Below are positions 61,990-64,000 of a stretch of 64,000 nucleotides of DNA, one piece after another. The position numbers and the translations under genes are program-made. Source of the stretch: Phoronis australis (Eukaryota; Animalia; Phoronida); contig NMRA01000103.1 in NCBI GenBank assembly GCA_002633005.1, positions 713,612 through 777,611 on the forward strand, written 5' to 3'. The notes beneath the pieces were generated by a model. The model made no database searches. It was given only the letters and a program-made list of their open reading frames with translations, and was not told where the DNA came from. Every line of letters begins with the position of its first letter. The stretch's first letter is position 1.

Positions 61990-64000
61990 CCCAAGCATTT
62001 TCCACCCCTCAATAGCTGTTGAAGTTTAATTTCCATGCAACGATACAAACAACCAGATGTTTCGCGCTATCATTGGTCAAGCGGTTACTGAGATCAGTTT
62101 TGATGCGCTTCAGACAACTGAAACCTTGCTTACAATCTAAAACGCAAAGCAAAACAAAAGGAAACTTAAATGTACTGATAGATAAGATTCTAAATAACAT
62201 AACTTTGCTTACAAAACATAATTTCAGATACAAGTATTGGCACCCAAAAACATTATCCAAGCAGCAACACTGTAATTCATGCGTATAACATTGATAATCA
62301 GTAGGACACAACTGTTATTTTACCTGCAGTTGATGATGGAATAACTATTCCAACAGTTACCAATTTTGCCAGGTGAGGCAAAAAGGTTGGCACAGTAGAG
62401 ATTTTTCTAAGATACTCCGTCAATTCGAGTTGTTCTCACCTAAGGAACAGTCTTTTCAGTGACTCAAATTCCAGTAGGCCTGCATCATAGTCAATGATTG
62501 ACCTGCATGGCTGCATAATGCCCAAGAAGAACGGTTTGTTACTGCTCAAGTTAAGTTTCACAATCAACCCTGAAATCACTCTAATCAGAATATATCTTGG
62601 AGTGGGATAGTATGATTATTTCTAGCAAATAACTGAATAACACTATATTGTTTACATCCAACTTCACGGAGTCGTAGTTGCTCGGCTGATGCTACGAGTT
62701 TCCCGGTATATTCTTGCTGGTGAATATGCTGAACTGCTGGATTGTATCAGCGTCTGGGAACTGCCTCTTGATTTGTCCGCAAACTCTTGTAACGAATCGA
62801 TTATCGATATGGAAATGAGTAGTTGGTATCTAAAATAAATTGAACTTATTTGAAAGAAATTTTACTTTGGGCAACAGTAAGTGACAAGGTACTCGGGTTT
62901 GTTTTATATTGGTCTATGTCTCTCTCTGTGAAGTTTATATTAAACTCTTCATTTTTCAATCGATCTAGTACTTCAGACACCTAGCGGTACAAGGCACGAG
63001 GAACGTGCAACCTGGAATCCAGAACATGTAAGCAGGTCTACCTGAAGACCAGCACCACTGTACTGCAAAGATAATGCCTGAAACAGGCAAAGCACCACAC
63101 TAAATATCTAGTTGTTGGGTTAATTAAGATTGGACATGTCTCATTTTCAAGATTTTGACCTCAACTTTTATAACTTTTGAAAACCAATCTGAAGACATTT
63201 TAAGAGTGTTGCCGAATGAGGTAGCAGGTCACACATTGTGTACAGTATTGAAACAAATCACCAGTTTTCTACAGATAGGTTCAGTGCAGCTGCTTGTGGG
63301 TCATTCCTCTCCTGGGCCTCCCTTTGAAAGCTGATGATGAGAGCCGGTATGATCTCTTTGATGGTTGCACTGATTCCAACTCATGCTGAGTCAGCAAACA
63401 TGATTAGGCTGATTTGGTTTTAGTTGTTTTAATTGGAGTTTCCTGTACAAATATAAGTAAATTAGAATAAACATTCTATGTATTTTGCTTTATACAATGT
63501 CTTGACTTGAATACTTTTAAGTTTGAATTGACATTAAGGCAATCAAAATTGAGAAAATCACATTTGCAAGAGTATGTATCCATCTGACTATTCTGTTCAA
63601 TTATTTAAAATTTAATTGTAACAGTTGCAGACCTGAATGATTTTAAGTGCATTCACACCGGGCTGTTCTCATAGCACATAAACAAATGTTGCAATGTTGA
63701 ATTAAACCTCTTCAGATAAGGAATCTTGTTACACCCCTGTCCACTGGCCAGGCCAAGATGATGTGCCACACAGTGGTTGGCAATCAAAGCTGGAGATATG
63801 TGAAAGTGATGAATTCTTTAATTATTCACATTAAATTTTCACTTACTGGAAATTATTTTTTAAGTTACATAATTTGTTGAGGAAAAGATTAGGTTTGCAA
63901 AAAGATGATGTTATATTTCACACGAGTTGGAATGGCTTTACAATTCTTATCTTTTATGTCACCTCTTTGAGGTTTGTAACCAAACCGTTTCTCATTCTAA
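61990..64000 (-). mobile_element. Decayed intron-containing hAT transposase (ZNF862-like); runs off the right edge
   Basis: Fragments in the expected order: MRNGLVTNLKE (~63990), LIANHCVAHHLGLA..IPYLKRF..YENSPV (~63780-63655), IPALIISFQREAQERNDPQA..MCDLLPH (~63360-63200), IKRQFPDADTIQQFSIF (~62775-62720), FLPHLAKLVTVGIVIPSSTA, a GT-AG intron at 62323-62137, then DCKQGFSCLKRIKTDLSNRL (hAT dimerisation domain). Stops and frameshifts are present. Confidence 0.87.

Overview
AT-rich animal genomic scaffold with spliceosomal introns and N gaps; the repeat types suggest a heterozygous marine invertebrate (inference only). Left part: the 5' end of a minus-strand liprin-beta (PPFIBP-family) gene. Four coding exons splice in frame (18253-18181, 10319-10072, 2991-2899, 2217-2104) and the gene continues beyond position 1. 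There is also a candidate alternative first coding exon (5307-5149, duplicated at 7050-6892) and a candidate upstream 5'UTR exon near 44.5 kb. The introns hold many MITEs and small repeats. Five apparent tandem duplications flank N gaps and look like uncollapsed haplotypes. Right part (52.8-64 kb): a nest of decayed transposons, all on the minus strand. It contains a Ty3/Gypsy integrase ending in a PHD finger followed by an extra ORF, an intronless TatD-nuclease pseudogene, a PPT+LTR fragment preceded by a zinc-finger-like ORF, a Penelope-like RT remnant and an intron-containing ZNF862-like hAT transposase. The most interesting candidate system is an LTR retroelement carrying a PHD chromatin reader on its integrase and possibly a TatD nuclease as cargo. 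Family calls come from manual translation and motif recall; no searches were run.
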